From an uncultured cyanobacterium (GTDB taxonomy: Bacteria > Cyanobacteriota > Cyanobacteriia > Cyanobacteriales > Nostocaceae): DNA of 64,000 bases. The notes below the pieces were generated by a model, which made no database searches, was not told the DNA's origin, and saw only the letters and a list, made by a program, of their open reading frames with translations. Shown here in pieces: positions 11,191 to 21,444 of the stretch. Numbering within the stretch: position 1 is the stretch's first letter; every line of letters starts with the position of its first letter. A program made the position numbers and the translations under genes. The stretch lies in assembly GCA_963706595.1 (NCBI GenBank), contig OY970166.1, forward strand, positions 2,528,001 to 2,592,000. The letters are read 5' to 3'.

Positions 11191-12786
11191 ATGAATGTAG
11201 TCACAAACATCGAATACTTAATTATTGGTGCGGGTCCGGCGGGTTTACAGTTGGGTTATTTTCTGGAAAAATCTAATTCTAATTATCTGATATTAGAAGG
11301 ATCTGATATTCCTGGTAATTACTTTACAAATTTCCCTAGGCATAAGAAATTAATTTCAATTAACAAGGTGTATACGGGCTACGATGACCCAGAAATTAAC
11401 CTCAGATGGGATTGGAATTCACTCTTGAGTGATAGTGAAGAAATGAAATTTAAGCACTATAGCAGGCAGTATTTCCCCCACACAGATGATTTGGTTAAAT
11501 ACCTCGGCGATTTTGCCAATCATTTTGAAATTAAGATTAAATACAATTGCCAAGTTGTCAAAATTGCTAAAAATGACAAGTTTATGGTGATAGACAGCAA
11601 TGGGAATATTTATTCGGCAGACCGTCTGATTATAGCGACTGGTTTTTCTAAACCATATATACCAGCAATTCCTGGAATCGAGTTAACAGAAAAATACACT
11701 GATATCTCGATAAATCCAGAAGATTTTGCTAATCAAAAAGTATTAATTATTGGTAAAGGAAACTCTGGATTTGAAACTGCTGACCATTTAGTCGGAACTA
11801 CTGCACTGATTCATATCACTAGCCCATCACCGGTCTCTTTATCGTGGAAAACTAAATACGTAGGACATCTGCGAGCAATCAATAATAATCTCATAGATTC
11901 ATATCAACTCAAATCTCAAAATGTAATTTTAGATGCTATAGTCAATAAAATTGATTATCAGAACGGTCAATACATTGTGACCTTTACTTATGGACATGCA
12001 GATGGAGAAGTTGAGGATTTAATCTATGATCGCGTAATTTTGTGTACTGGATTTTGCTTTGATACTTCTATATTTGACGAGTCATCTGTGCCTGATCTAG
12101 CTATCAACAATCGCTTTCCCAATCAAACTAGTGAATGGGAATCAACTAACATTAAGGACTTGTATTTTATTGGAGTGCTAATGCACATGCGGGATTACAA
12201 GAAGAAGCAATCAGGCTTTATTCATGGGTTCCGTTATAATATTCGTTCCCTTTATCACATTTTAAATCGTAAGTACCATAATCAAGAGTTACCATGTCAA
12301 GAAATTAAACTTACTCCTGAATACTTGGCTAAAGCTATTCTCAAACGGGCAAATCAAAGTTCAGGTTTATGGCAGCAAACAGGCTTTCTTTGCGACCTAA
12401 TTATCGTCCTCAAAGATAGTAACACAGTCAAGTACTACGAAGATATCCCAACAGATTATGTACATGAAAGCGACTTAGGTGAGGAGGAACACTACTATAC
12501 TCTGACTTTGGAATTTGGACTAGATATTATTTTTGCCAGCCCAGATCCTCTTGCTGTTGAGCGCATCCACAAAGATGACATTGATCGAGCCGCACTCAGT
12601 TCTGGTATCCACCCCATCGTTCGCCATTATTGCAAGCATACTCTGATTGCAGAGCATCATGTTATTGAAGATATAGCTAGCGAATGGTTAGAGGATGTAC
12701 ATATTCACCCACTGCTGAAATTCTTGCAATATCAACTATCAAGCAAGGTATCTCTGCCGACATTAGCTTCATCAATCCCCCAATAA
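11191..12786 (+). CDS. FAD/NAD(P)-dependent oxidoreductase, FOXRED2-like
   Basis: GAGPAG FAD motif, PRHKKLISINK, RWDWNSLL, second Rossmann GKGNSGFETA, SGFIHGFRY. Confidence 0.8.
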   Translation: MNVVTNIEYLIIGAGPAGLQLGYFLEKSNSNYLILEGSDIPGNYFTNFPRHKKLISINKVYTGYDDPEINLRWDWNSLLSDSEEMKFKHYSRQYFPHTDDLVKYLGDFANHFEIKIKYNCQVVKIAKNDKFMVIDSNGNIYSADRLIIATGFSKPYIPAIPGIELTEKYTDISINPEDFANQKVLIIGKGNSGFETADHLVGTTALIHITSPSPVSLSWKTKYVGHLRAINNNLIDSYQLKSQNVILDAIVNKIDYQNGQYIVTFTYGHADGEVEDLIYDRVILCTGFCFDTSIFDESSVPDLAINNRFPNQTSEWESTNIKDLYFIGVLMHMRDYKKKQSGFIHGFRYNIRSLYHILNRKYHNQELPCQEIKLTPEYLAKAILKRANQSSGLWQQTGFLCDLIIVLKDSNTVKYYEDIPTDYVHESDLGEEEHYYTLTLEFGLDIIFASPDPLAVERIHKDDIDRAALSSGIHPIVRHYCKHTLIAEHHVIEDIASEWLEDVHIHPLLKFLQYQLSSKVSLPTLASSIPQ

Positions 12787-12787
12787 A

Positions 12788-14329
12788 ATGAATTCAAAAA
12801 TTCAGCATATTTGCATTATTGGTGCGGGCATTAGTGGTCTAGTGGCAGCTAAAACATTTATGGAAGAAAGCTACGAAGTCACTGTGTTTGAGAAGCAGAA
12901 GGGACTTGGTGGTGTGTGGGAAAGTTCTCGGACTTATGTAGGACTAACCACCCAGAATCCTCGTGATACCTATGCGTTCACAGATTATCCTATGCCTGCA
13001 TTTTATCCAGAGTGGCCTACTGCTGAACAGATGCAGAATTACTTGAAGTCTTATGCACAGCACTTCGGAATTGTTGAAAAAATTCGATTTCAAACGGAAG
13101 TTATTCAGATTGAAAGAAAAACTGGAGTACAGCCAGGATGGATAGTTAGCATTAAGTCGAATGATCAGAACACACAGAATAAATACGAGTTTGATTTTGT
13201 TCTCGTGTGTAACGGTATTTTTAATATCCCTAAAATGCCATTCTTCCCTGGGCAGAAAGAGTTTGTAGCATCTGGAGGTCAGGTGCTACATTCTACCGAA
13301 TTAAATGATATTTGCCAGGTTGAGGGTAAGCGGATCATCATTGTGGGCTTTGGCCGGTCTGCAACTGATATAGCTACTCAAATTGTTTCTCAAGCCAAAG
13401 AATGTACTTTGCTGTTTCGACATTCTTTGTGGAAGATGCCGAAATATTTCCTAGGTCTATTCAATATCAAGTATGTTCTGTTAACTCGTTTTGCAGAAGC
13501 TTGGTTTCCTTACCGACACCTGCAAGGGATAGAGTGGGCGCTACATACTATAGGAAAGCCCATCGTATGGGCTTTCTGGAAATTGAAGGAGATTCTCGTG
13601 CGCTTACAGTTCGGTCTTGATAGTTGTGGAATGTTACCTGACAAACCTCTATATGAATCAGTGAACTGTTCGAGTGCGATCGCGCCCACAAATTTTTACA
13701 AGTATTTAGCCTCTGGCAAACTCAAGGCGAAAAAGACAGCGATCGCTCGGTTTAATAGTGATGGAGTAGAACTAGAGAATGGTGAACAGTTACACGCAGA
13801 TGTCGTCATCTTTGGGACAGGATTTCGCCAAGATGTCCCCTTTCTCGAAAACAAGTATCGTCAGATGCTGATTGATGACCAAAGCTATTTCCACTTATAC
13901 CGCAATCTCATCCACCCTAATATTCCTCAACTAGGCTTTGTCGGCTACAACTCCAGTTTCTTTAGCCAACTAACGTCTGAGGTTGGATCATGGTGGTTAG
14001 CTGAGTATGTTAAAGGCAATTTGCTATTACCCTCAAACGCCGAAATGATTCAGGATATGGAAGCAGAAATTTACTGGAGACAAACTAAGTGGCCCGCAGG
14101 TGGAGGTAATGGGGGATGTACATCCCCGTTTAACTTTCATCACCTCGAACAACTGATACAAGATATGAGAGTGAAAAGTCATACTTCTGGCTGGCAGCGC
14201 ATTGCAGAAGTGATGATGCCCGTAAATCCATCCACCTATCAATACATCCGCAAAGAATTACGCGGAAAAAGGCTTTCATCGGCAAATAATTCCGAGATAG
14301 CTGAAAGTTCAGCTATAGAAGTGGGTTAA
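12788..14329 (+). CDS. Flavin-containing monooxygenase (class B, FMO family)
   Basis: GAGISG, GGVW, FMO-like GGQVLHS motif, GFGRSATD NADPH motif, FGTGF. Starts 1 nt after the upstream stop. Confidence 0.9.
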   Translation: MNSKIQHICIIGAGISGLVAAKTFMEESYEVTVFEKQKGLGGVWESSRTYVGLTTQNPRDTYAFTDYPMPAFYPEWPTAEQMQNYLKSYAQHFGIVEKIRFQTEVIQIERKTGVQPGWIVSIKSNDQNTQNKYEFDFVLVCNGIFNIPKMPFFPGQKEFVASGGQVLHSTELNDICQVEGKRIIIVGFGRSATDIATQIVSQAKECTLLFRHSLWKMPKYFLGLFNIKYVLLTRFAEAWFPYRHLQGIEWALHTIGKPIVWAFWKLKEILVRLQFGLDSCGMLPDKPLYESVNCSSAIAPTNFYKYLASGKLKAKKTAIARFNSDGVELENGEQLHADVVIFGTGFRQDVPFLENKYRQMLIDDQSYFHLYRNLIHPNIPQLGFVGYNSSFFSQLTSEVGSWWLAEYVKGNLLLPSNAEMIQDMEAEIYWRQTKWPAGGGNGGCTSPFNFHHLEQLIQDMRVKSHTSGWQRIAEVMMPVNPSTYQYIRKELRGKRLSSANNSEIAESSAIEVG

Positions 14330-14418
14330 TACCGCACTTTGCAAATAAATGAAGTACACATTTTAACTTGACACCTATGGCATCTTGCCCGCCCTTGTCT
14401 ACCTCTCTCAGATGAAAT

Positions 14419-14463
14419 GTGATGAAGTAAGCAATGGCTAAACGCCGTTGCTTACTTCATCAC
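14419..14463. terminator. Long hairpin, probable bidirectional terminator
   Basis: GTGATGAAGTAAGCAATGGC-taaac-GCCGTTGCTTACTTCATCAC: 20-bp arms with one T/G pair, between convergent genes. Confidence 0.7.
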
Positions 14464-17400
14464 TATCCTATGGGTATTTCAATTACAAACTCAGTACCCT
14501 GTCCCAGTTCAGAATTACAGGTTAACTTACCCTGATGTTTATCCACAACAATCTGATAACTGATTGACAAACCCAACCCTGTACCACTACCTACTGGTTT
14601 CGTAGTAAAAAATGGGTCAAATATTTTTTGCCGCACAGATGCTGTCATACCAAAGGCGTTATCAGCAAACCTAATCTTGAGCATATTAGACTTTGTTAGT
14701 TCAGTGCAAATACGAATTGTGGGACTGCTAATGGTTTGCTCTTTAACTTGTGTCTCTTGCAAGGCATCAATTGCATTGCTAAGAATATTCATAAATACTT
14801 GATTAAGTTGACTAGGGTAACAAGTAATAATCGGTATATCTCCGTATTCTTTGATGATTTTAATTTCACTACAAGTTTGATCTCCAAGTCGTTTTACGTT
14901 TGTAGTATTTTGCTTAAATCGATGCTGCAAAATCATTAAAGTGTTATCCAGCCCCTCATGAATATCAACAGGTTTCATTTCAGATTCATCCAGGCGGGAG
15001 AAATTACGTAAGCCTAAAACGATATTTCGGATACGCGAACTTCCAACTTTCATAGAATCTATAGTTTTAGGTAAGTCTTCTACTAGAAAATCTAGATCAA
15101 TTTCTTCAGCTTTTTCGACAACTTTAGATGCTGGATAGGGATATTCACGTTGATAGACAGCAAACAAGTCTAATAAATCTTCGACATAATCACTAGTATG
15201 AACAAGATTGCCATGAATAAAGTTGATAGGATTGTTAATTTCATGGGCAATTCCTGCTACCATTTGCCCCAAGGAAGACATTTTTTCACTTTGAATTAAT
15301 TGGCTCTGAGTGCGTTGCAATTCCTGTAAAGTTTGCTGCAAATTTTTATTTTTCTCTTTAATTTCTAATGTTCTTTCGGCTACTTTTTCCTCTAAAGTGT
15401 GGTTGTATACCTCCAATCGCTCATTAGCTTGAGCTAAATTTTTGTAAAGCATGGCATTCTCTAGAGAGATTGCTGCTTGGCTAGTCAAAAGTTTGAGAAC
15501 TTCTAAGCGATCGCGTGTAAATGCCCCTGTGGTCAAATTATTTTCTAGGTAAACAATGCCCAGCAATTTACTTTGATTAATCATTGGGATACACAACAAA
15601 CTTTTTGCTTCCTGATGAATAATGTAGATATCTGCCGCTAAGGTAGCTTGAGCTTTTACATCATCAACAACGAATATTTCGCGTGTACGTTTTACATAAT
15701 TAATTAAAGAAATAGGAACATCGGTACTAGATTCTAGAGCAGTTGCTATAAAATTTATGTTAGTATCAATAGAATTTGAACTGTAACTAACGGCAGTAAC
15801 TGTTAAGGTTAATTCATCACTTTCACTCAAAATTAAAACACATTTCGATGCTCCCGCGTTTTCCATGACAACTTCCATTAAAGTCGAAAGAAGTTCCTGT
15901 AATTCAATTTCCCCAGAAAGTGCTTGAGACGCTTTAATGACAGTTGCTAAGTCCAGCATATCTGACATACTAGTATTAGAACTAACCATAGCTTCATTAG
16001 TAATTAAGATAGATTTATTACTAGGGTTAGATTGAGTTATGCTACTTTCAGAGGTACTTATTTCACTAGAATGTAGGTTCAGCTTTTCTGCTTGAATAAT
16101 AGACTTCAGTAATTGAGAATAGCGTTTTTCTAAGTCGTTTACTTTTGCTAATGCACCCCACCGAACATAGCTATAGTAAGCATCAGTTAGGTAAGTTTGG
16201 GCAATCTTCTGCTTACCCCATTCTAAATAAAACTTACTGGCAAGTTCTTGAGCCAGAGCTTCTTCATGGATATATTCATGTTCATGAGCCAGGGAGATGG
16301 CACGGTCATAATATTCCATTGCCTCCAAATATTGAGCCAAAATACGATATTTTTCAGCCTCTATCAAATAAAATTTATGTAAATGATTTATCGGCACATG
16401 ATCTGCCCATTTACGTATCTTTTGTTGATTAGCTAGTACTTTAGCCAAGATTTGTTCTTGTTGAGATGGCTCGGCATCATCATATATAGCCAGCAATGCT
16501 AGAGAACTATAAAAATATAATTGCGGAACCACAAACTGTCCAATTCCACTAGGTAAATACTGCTCTGCTATGACAGCATTTTTAACTGCTTCAGGGTAAT
16601 TGCCAAATAGATAACACAAATAAAGTTTACATAGATAAACATACAAAAGTGCAATTCCATCATTAGCTTTTATCTGAACTGGCAGGATTTTTGTCTCATC
16701 ATAAGCTTCACCAATCAAATGGCAGGGATTTTCAACAGCACCCATTAAATTTAATACTGTCTGTCGATAAATTTGAATCCAGTAAAAAACGCCATCCTGC
16801 TTAATTTGGCAGGCGGCATAACTGTAGTTTGCCATTTCCCGCTCAAGTTGGGTCAGTTCCTGACCGCTAAAATAGGAAATGTAGCAGTATGAATATAAAG
16901 AATAAGCAGCGAATTCTAAATCTCCTGTTTCTAATCCAACAGCATAAGCTTCTAAAAGAGGCTGTAAAACTTCCTTAATCGGTTCCTTCCAATGCCTGAC
17001 ATGAGCATTAAATGTTTGGATAATTTTAGATTTAATTTCTTTAAGATTAAAGCGTGATGATAGACTTATAGCTAATTTGCCAAACTGATAACCAAGTTCA
17101 ATATCTTCCAAAGGACCACACAGCATTAAACCATAGGCAACATATGCAAAGGCCGATAAGGGAGAATTACCATATTTAAGCGATAAATTAACTTGTTTCA
17201 AGCAAATCAGAGGCATCAGTTCAGGAACAGACTGATAAGCCAGAGCAATTGCACTGGACAAAATACGCATGATTGCCAATGGTTCTGCTTGCTTCATCTC
17301 TGGTAAATCAATTAATTCTTCTATGTTGCGATTAACCAGAATTGAAGTTGTTATTTCCATTTCTTTCTGAACATCAGTCTGGCTAGGATGCTCTGGAAAT

Positions 17401-20110
17401 TGCACTCCCAACAATGTCAAAAAGGCTAGTGCAGTTTTGACAGCTTTTATTGCTTTACCCTGCGCCCCATAAGCCTGGATTGTGACTTCATAAACTTTTA
17501 CCTTCTCCAATAATGTATTAGCTTTTGCTAACACAACCTGAACCAGTTGCTCTGTCTGCTCAAATTCGCCATTCAAATATGCCGCCTCTGCCGCAGCCTC
17601 ATATAAAGCTAGGGTTAGCTCATATTTAATATCCCAACTATCACCCGCCAGCAGTTTAATTCCAGTCGTTAAATACTTAATCGCAGCTGAGTAAGCTGTG
17701 GATGCTAAAGCTTTACGTCCAGCAATCAGGTTCATTTCAGATAGCTCATCGCGCTTAGTTTGCTCTGTGATGAATTCAATTGCAATGTTAAGCTGATTAA
17801 CCAAAATAAAAATATTTTCTTCCCTCTGCTCAATAGGGATGTCATTAAATAGCAATAGCCCTATTTTTAGGTGAATTATTTTTTTTTGTTCAATAGGAAT
17901 TAAGGAATAAGCAGCTTGTTGCACCCGGTCATGTACAAAGCTATATTTGGGTAATTTATTATTATTATTAGTTATTAATTTGTGTGATTCTTCTCTATTA
18001 GAAACTTCTGGCTGTTTATACTCATCTTCTGACAAAGAATTGTATACTTCATTTTGAGGCAAAACTAAACCATCAAGCAAGGCTGGCCATAAATCATTTG
18101 CTGTATCTACTATAGATTTTTCATGAATAGTGGCAAGGGTTTTTAAGTCGAATTCATTACCAATACAAGCCGCGGATATCAACAAGTCATGAGTAATTTT
18201 GGGCAGTTTTTTGATTTGAATTGCCATGAATTCTACTACATCGTCTGTAAGAGTTAATGCTTGAATTCTTGTAATATCATACTGCCAGTGACCAAGATCC
18301 AAATTCAATGTAATTAGTCCATCATCATGTAAAGACTTCAGGAATTGAGTCACAAAGAAGGGATTTCCTTTTGTTTTAGCAAATACAATTTGTGTCAAAG
18401 GAACAGCAACTACTTCTTGACAATGCAATGTATCAACAATCAAATCATTTAAATCTGATTGATTGAGGGGTGAAAGAGTTATGCTATTAATAGTTGCTCC
18501 TGTTTTAGCAATTTCTTGTAATGTCAAATTTAATGGATGTGCATTTGAGACTTCATTATCACGGTATGCACCAATCACTAATAAACTCCCATTATCCTTC
18601 ATTATCCTGTGCATTTTGTCTGTAACAATAGAAGCTGTAGCTTCACTCATTAATAATTGGATAAAATTCAAAGAATCTTTATCTGCCCATTGCAAGTCAT
18701 CCAGAAAAATTACTAAAGGATGCTCTTTAGTATTAAAAATTTGTATGAATCTCTGGAACAATAAGTTAAACCGATTTTGGGCAGCACTACCAGAAATATC
18801 TGTAGCTGGAGGTTGTTTACCAATAATCATTTCTAGTTCAGGAATTACATCAGTAATTACCTGACCATGCGTACCCAATACTGATAAAATTTTCTCCTTC
18901 CACTGTTGAATTTGAATATCAGTTTCCGAAATTAGTTGGTCAATTAAATCCCTAAAAGCTTGTACTAATCCTGACAAAGGGGTATCATGTTGAGATTGAT
19001 CAAATTTACCCTTTATAAAGTAGCTACGCTGTCTGACAATCGGCTTATGAATTTCGTTGACTATAGCAGTTTTACCAATCCCGGAAAAACCCGTGACTAA
19101 TATCATTTCTGTTGTCCCGTGTGTCACGCGGTTAAAACTGGCGAGTAGAGTTTTAAGTTCACGTTGACGGCCATAAAGTTTTTCGGGAATAATAAAACAG
19201 TTAGAAATATCTCGACTTCCTAATTCAAAATTTGCAATATCTTCTTTTTCTTGCCACTGCTTGCGGCATATTTCTAAGTCATGCTTGAGTCCATATGCAC
19301 TTTGATAACGGTCTTCGGCATTTTTTGCCATTAGCTTGCTGATTATCTCAGACAAGATGGGGGAATATTAGGGTTAATCTGGCTAGCTTTTGGCGGTTCT
19401 TTTGCAATGTGCGAGTATACTAACTCTATTGGGTCAGTGCTGCTGAAGGGTAACTGTCCCGTGAGGAGTTCAAAGAAGGTAACACCTAAAGAATAAAAAT
19501 CAGTGCGGTAGTCAATACCTCGATTCATACGTCCCGTTTGTTCGGGAGAAATATAAGCTAGTGTGCCTTCTAAAACGTTAGGATTTGTAATAACTTGAAT
19601 TTGTTTCGGTAAGAGACTCGCAAGACTAAAATCGATGATTTTAATCTCATTAGTCTTGGGTTTAATGAGAATGTTAGCGGGTTTGATATCCTTGTGAATG
19701 ATGCGATGGTGGTGTAGTCCTTCCAGTGCGGAAGAAACTTCAATAGCAATATGGAAAAACGCAGTTAAAGAAACCGGATTTTTCTCCATGTCCGGCTTTT
19801 TTTGTTGCCAATCTTTAAGAGATATACCGCCAAAGTCTTCCATGACTAGGATATAGCCGTTGCCGTAGTTTTCCAAACTATGGGGTTTGACAACTCCGGG
19901 TATATCCAGGTTTTGGGTAATACTGTATTGATTACGGAACTGAGCGATTTCAGCAAAAGTAGGATATTCATTCCGCATCAGTTTGAGGATCACAGGTTTT
20001 TGATCTTGTTCTCTGATGCCCCGATAAACTAGGGTTTTGCTACCTGAATAGATTGGCTCAGTAATCCGATAGCCAATTATAGGGTATACAGTATCTAATC
20101 CTACTAACAT
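14463..20110 (-). CDS. Multidomain Ser/Thr kinase - AAA ATPase - GAF - histidine kinase (HstK-like), split by a frameshift at about 19360
   Basis: ORF 19343-20110 has IHKDIKPAN, DFS, GTLAYISPEQTGR. ORF 14463-19355 has Walker A GFSGIGKT, FLDDLQWAD, GAF, H-box AHEINNP, G-box GTGLGLS. One extra base in the G5 run at 19359-19363 restores NIPPILSEIISKLMAK. Confidence 0.88.
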
Positions 20111-20332
20111 TCTAGGTTATGCTCATACTTAGGTTGCTCTGTTTTATTATTCCCATAATATAAATATAAATAACGTTAAAAAAATTAAAACTCAGGTTAA
20201 AATATTTTTTTTAGTTATGCAATATAAATAAAAATATGAGAAACATTTATCTAATTAAAACCCAACATATAGGATTTCCCACTTTAATAAGTACTTGAAC
20301 CCCACCCGCAACCCCCTCCGGTGCAAGCGAGG

Positions 20333-20547
20333 CTACTGGCGTGGCAAGCTTAAAATAGTGCATTAGGTAAAAGCAGACAACATTGATTTATCTCAATTTT
20401 CTCAAAAATCTATTGCAACATTTTAGCCTTGCCACGCCAGTAGGTTGGGTTGACGTAAGGAAACCCAACATCATTGGTCCCGTTGGTTTGCGCTGCGCTT
20501 AACCCAACCTACGTCTAATGCACTATTTTAAGCTTGTCAGTCCACTA
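20333..20547. mobile_element. Nested MITE-like element with terminal inverted repeats
   Basis: CAAGCTTAAAATAGTGCATTAG near 20345 is inverted at about 20516-20540. An internal end ATTTTAGCCTTGCCACGCCAGTAG complements the left end. A GTAGGTTGGGTT...AACCCAACCTAC palindromic unit lies inside. Confidence 0.7.
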
Positions 20548-20832
20548 CTGGCTACGTTTTTTTGTCTTACTAATTAGGGTGCAGTTATTTTAGTAAGATG
20601 TAATAATAGCGATAATCTTTTAATTTATTGGGTATTCAGAGTTTTAACTAATTCGCATTCTTCGCATAAGCAAGTCAAAAATACAATCATTTGATGAGCA
20701 AAGGCTTGAAAATTTTATGCTTTCAAAGAGCGATAGTATTTTCTAATTTTTCGATGCTTCTGTAGAGCTATCCTAAGTTGACAATTAAATAGACATACTT
20801 ATACACTTATAGACAAAGCTATAAGTGTATTT

Positions 20833-20973
20833 ATGTTTAAACCACATGAATTTGCCGAAAAAATGGAAGTTTCTGTGAAAACGTTGCAGAGATGGGACAA
20901 TTCTGGGAAATTATTTGCCAAAAGAACACCATCGGGACATCGATTTTATACTGAAAACGACTTGCTCAAGTAA
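20833..20973 (+). pseudogene. tnpA: IS607 TnpA N-terminal MerR-like HTH stub (46 aa)
   Basis: MFKPHEFAEKMEVSVKTLQRWDNSGKLFAKRTPSGHRFYTENDLLK*; the serine-recombinase catalytic domain is missing. Confidence 0.85.
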
Positions 20974-21209
20974 TTGCTGATTGCGGATTTCATGAATTTA
21001 AGCGCCAGCTAGAATATAAAGCTCAAAAGTTTGGTTGTGAAATAATTATTGCTGACCGTTGGTTTCCATCAACTAAAACCTGTTCTAATTGCGGACATAT
21101 TCAAGATATGCCGCTTTCAGAAAGAGTTTACAATTGCCACAATTGTGGGCATGCGATGGATAGAGATTTAAACGCAGCAATAGTTTTATCAAGGTTGGCT
21201 AAACCTTGA
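20964..21209 (+). pseudogene. tnpB: TnpB C-terminal fragment (RuvC-II, zinc finger, RuvC-III)
   Basis: AQVIADCGFHEFKRQLEYKAQKFG...DRWFPSTKTCSNCG...YNCHNCGHAMDRDLNAA...KP*; no start codon. Confidence 0.9.
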
Positions 21210-21311
21210 AAGCTTGCTGAGGGATAACCGCTCCCATGCTCCCTTTGACGCAAGAAGTAAATATCTAGCTTGGTCTAATATTTATATAGCAGCAGTTAAG
21301 CTTTTATTGTC

Positions 21312-21345
21312 AAGAACAAGTAGTACATAAATACTACTTGTTCTT
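21312..21345. terminator. Intrinsic terminator-like hairpin
   Basis: AAGAACAAGTAGTA-cataaa-TACTACTTGTTCTT, 14-bp arms, running into T residues on the + strand. Confidence 0.65.
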
Positions 21346-21444
21346 TTTAGGTTTTGAACCAAATATTTTTACTTACATTCACTCAAGAATTTGTGTTTGA
21401 GGCTACGCATTAAGAAAGGCACAGAAGGACTGTAAATACAAATA

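Larger units (their letters stand above)
20765..21293 (+). mobile_element. Internally deleted IS607-family element (tnpA 5' stub fused to tnpB 3' stub); ends approximate
   Basis: TTGACA promoter-like box at 20778 and repeated TA(G/T)ACA motifs, then the two gene stubs listed below and about 85 nt of right-end sequence. Confidence 0.8.

Noticed and set aside
10426..14329. Calling the cassette an aetokthonotoxin (aet) or guanitoxin (gnt) cluster
   Set aside because: Only the AetD-like gene is recognisable. Neither flavoprotein resembles my recollection of AetF, and no tryptophanase, P450, PLP enzyme, kinase or methyltransferase is adjacent.
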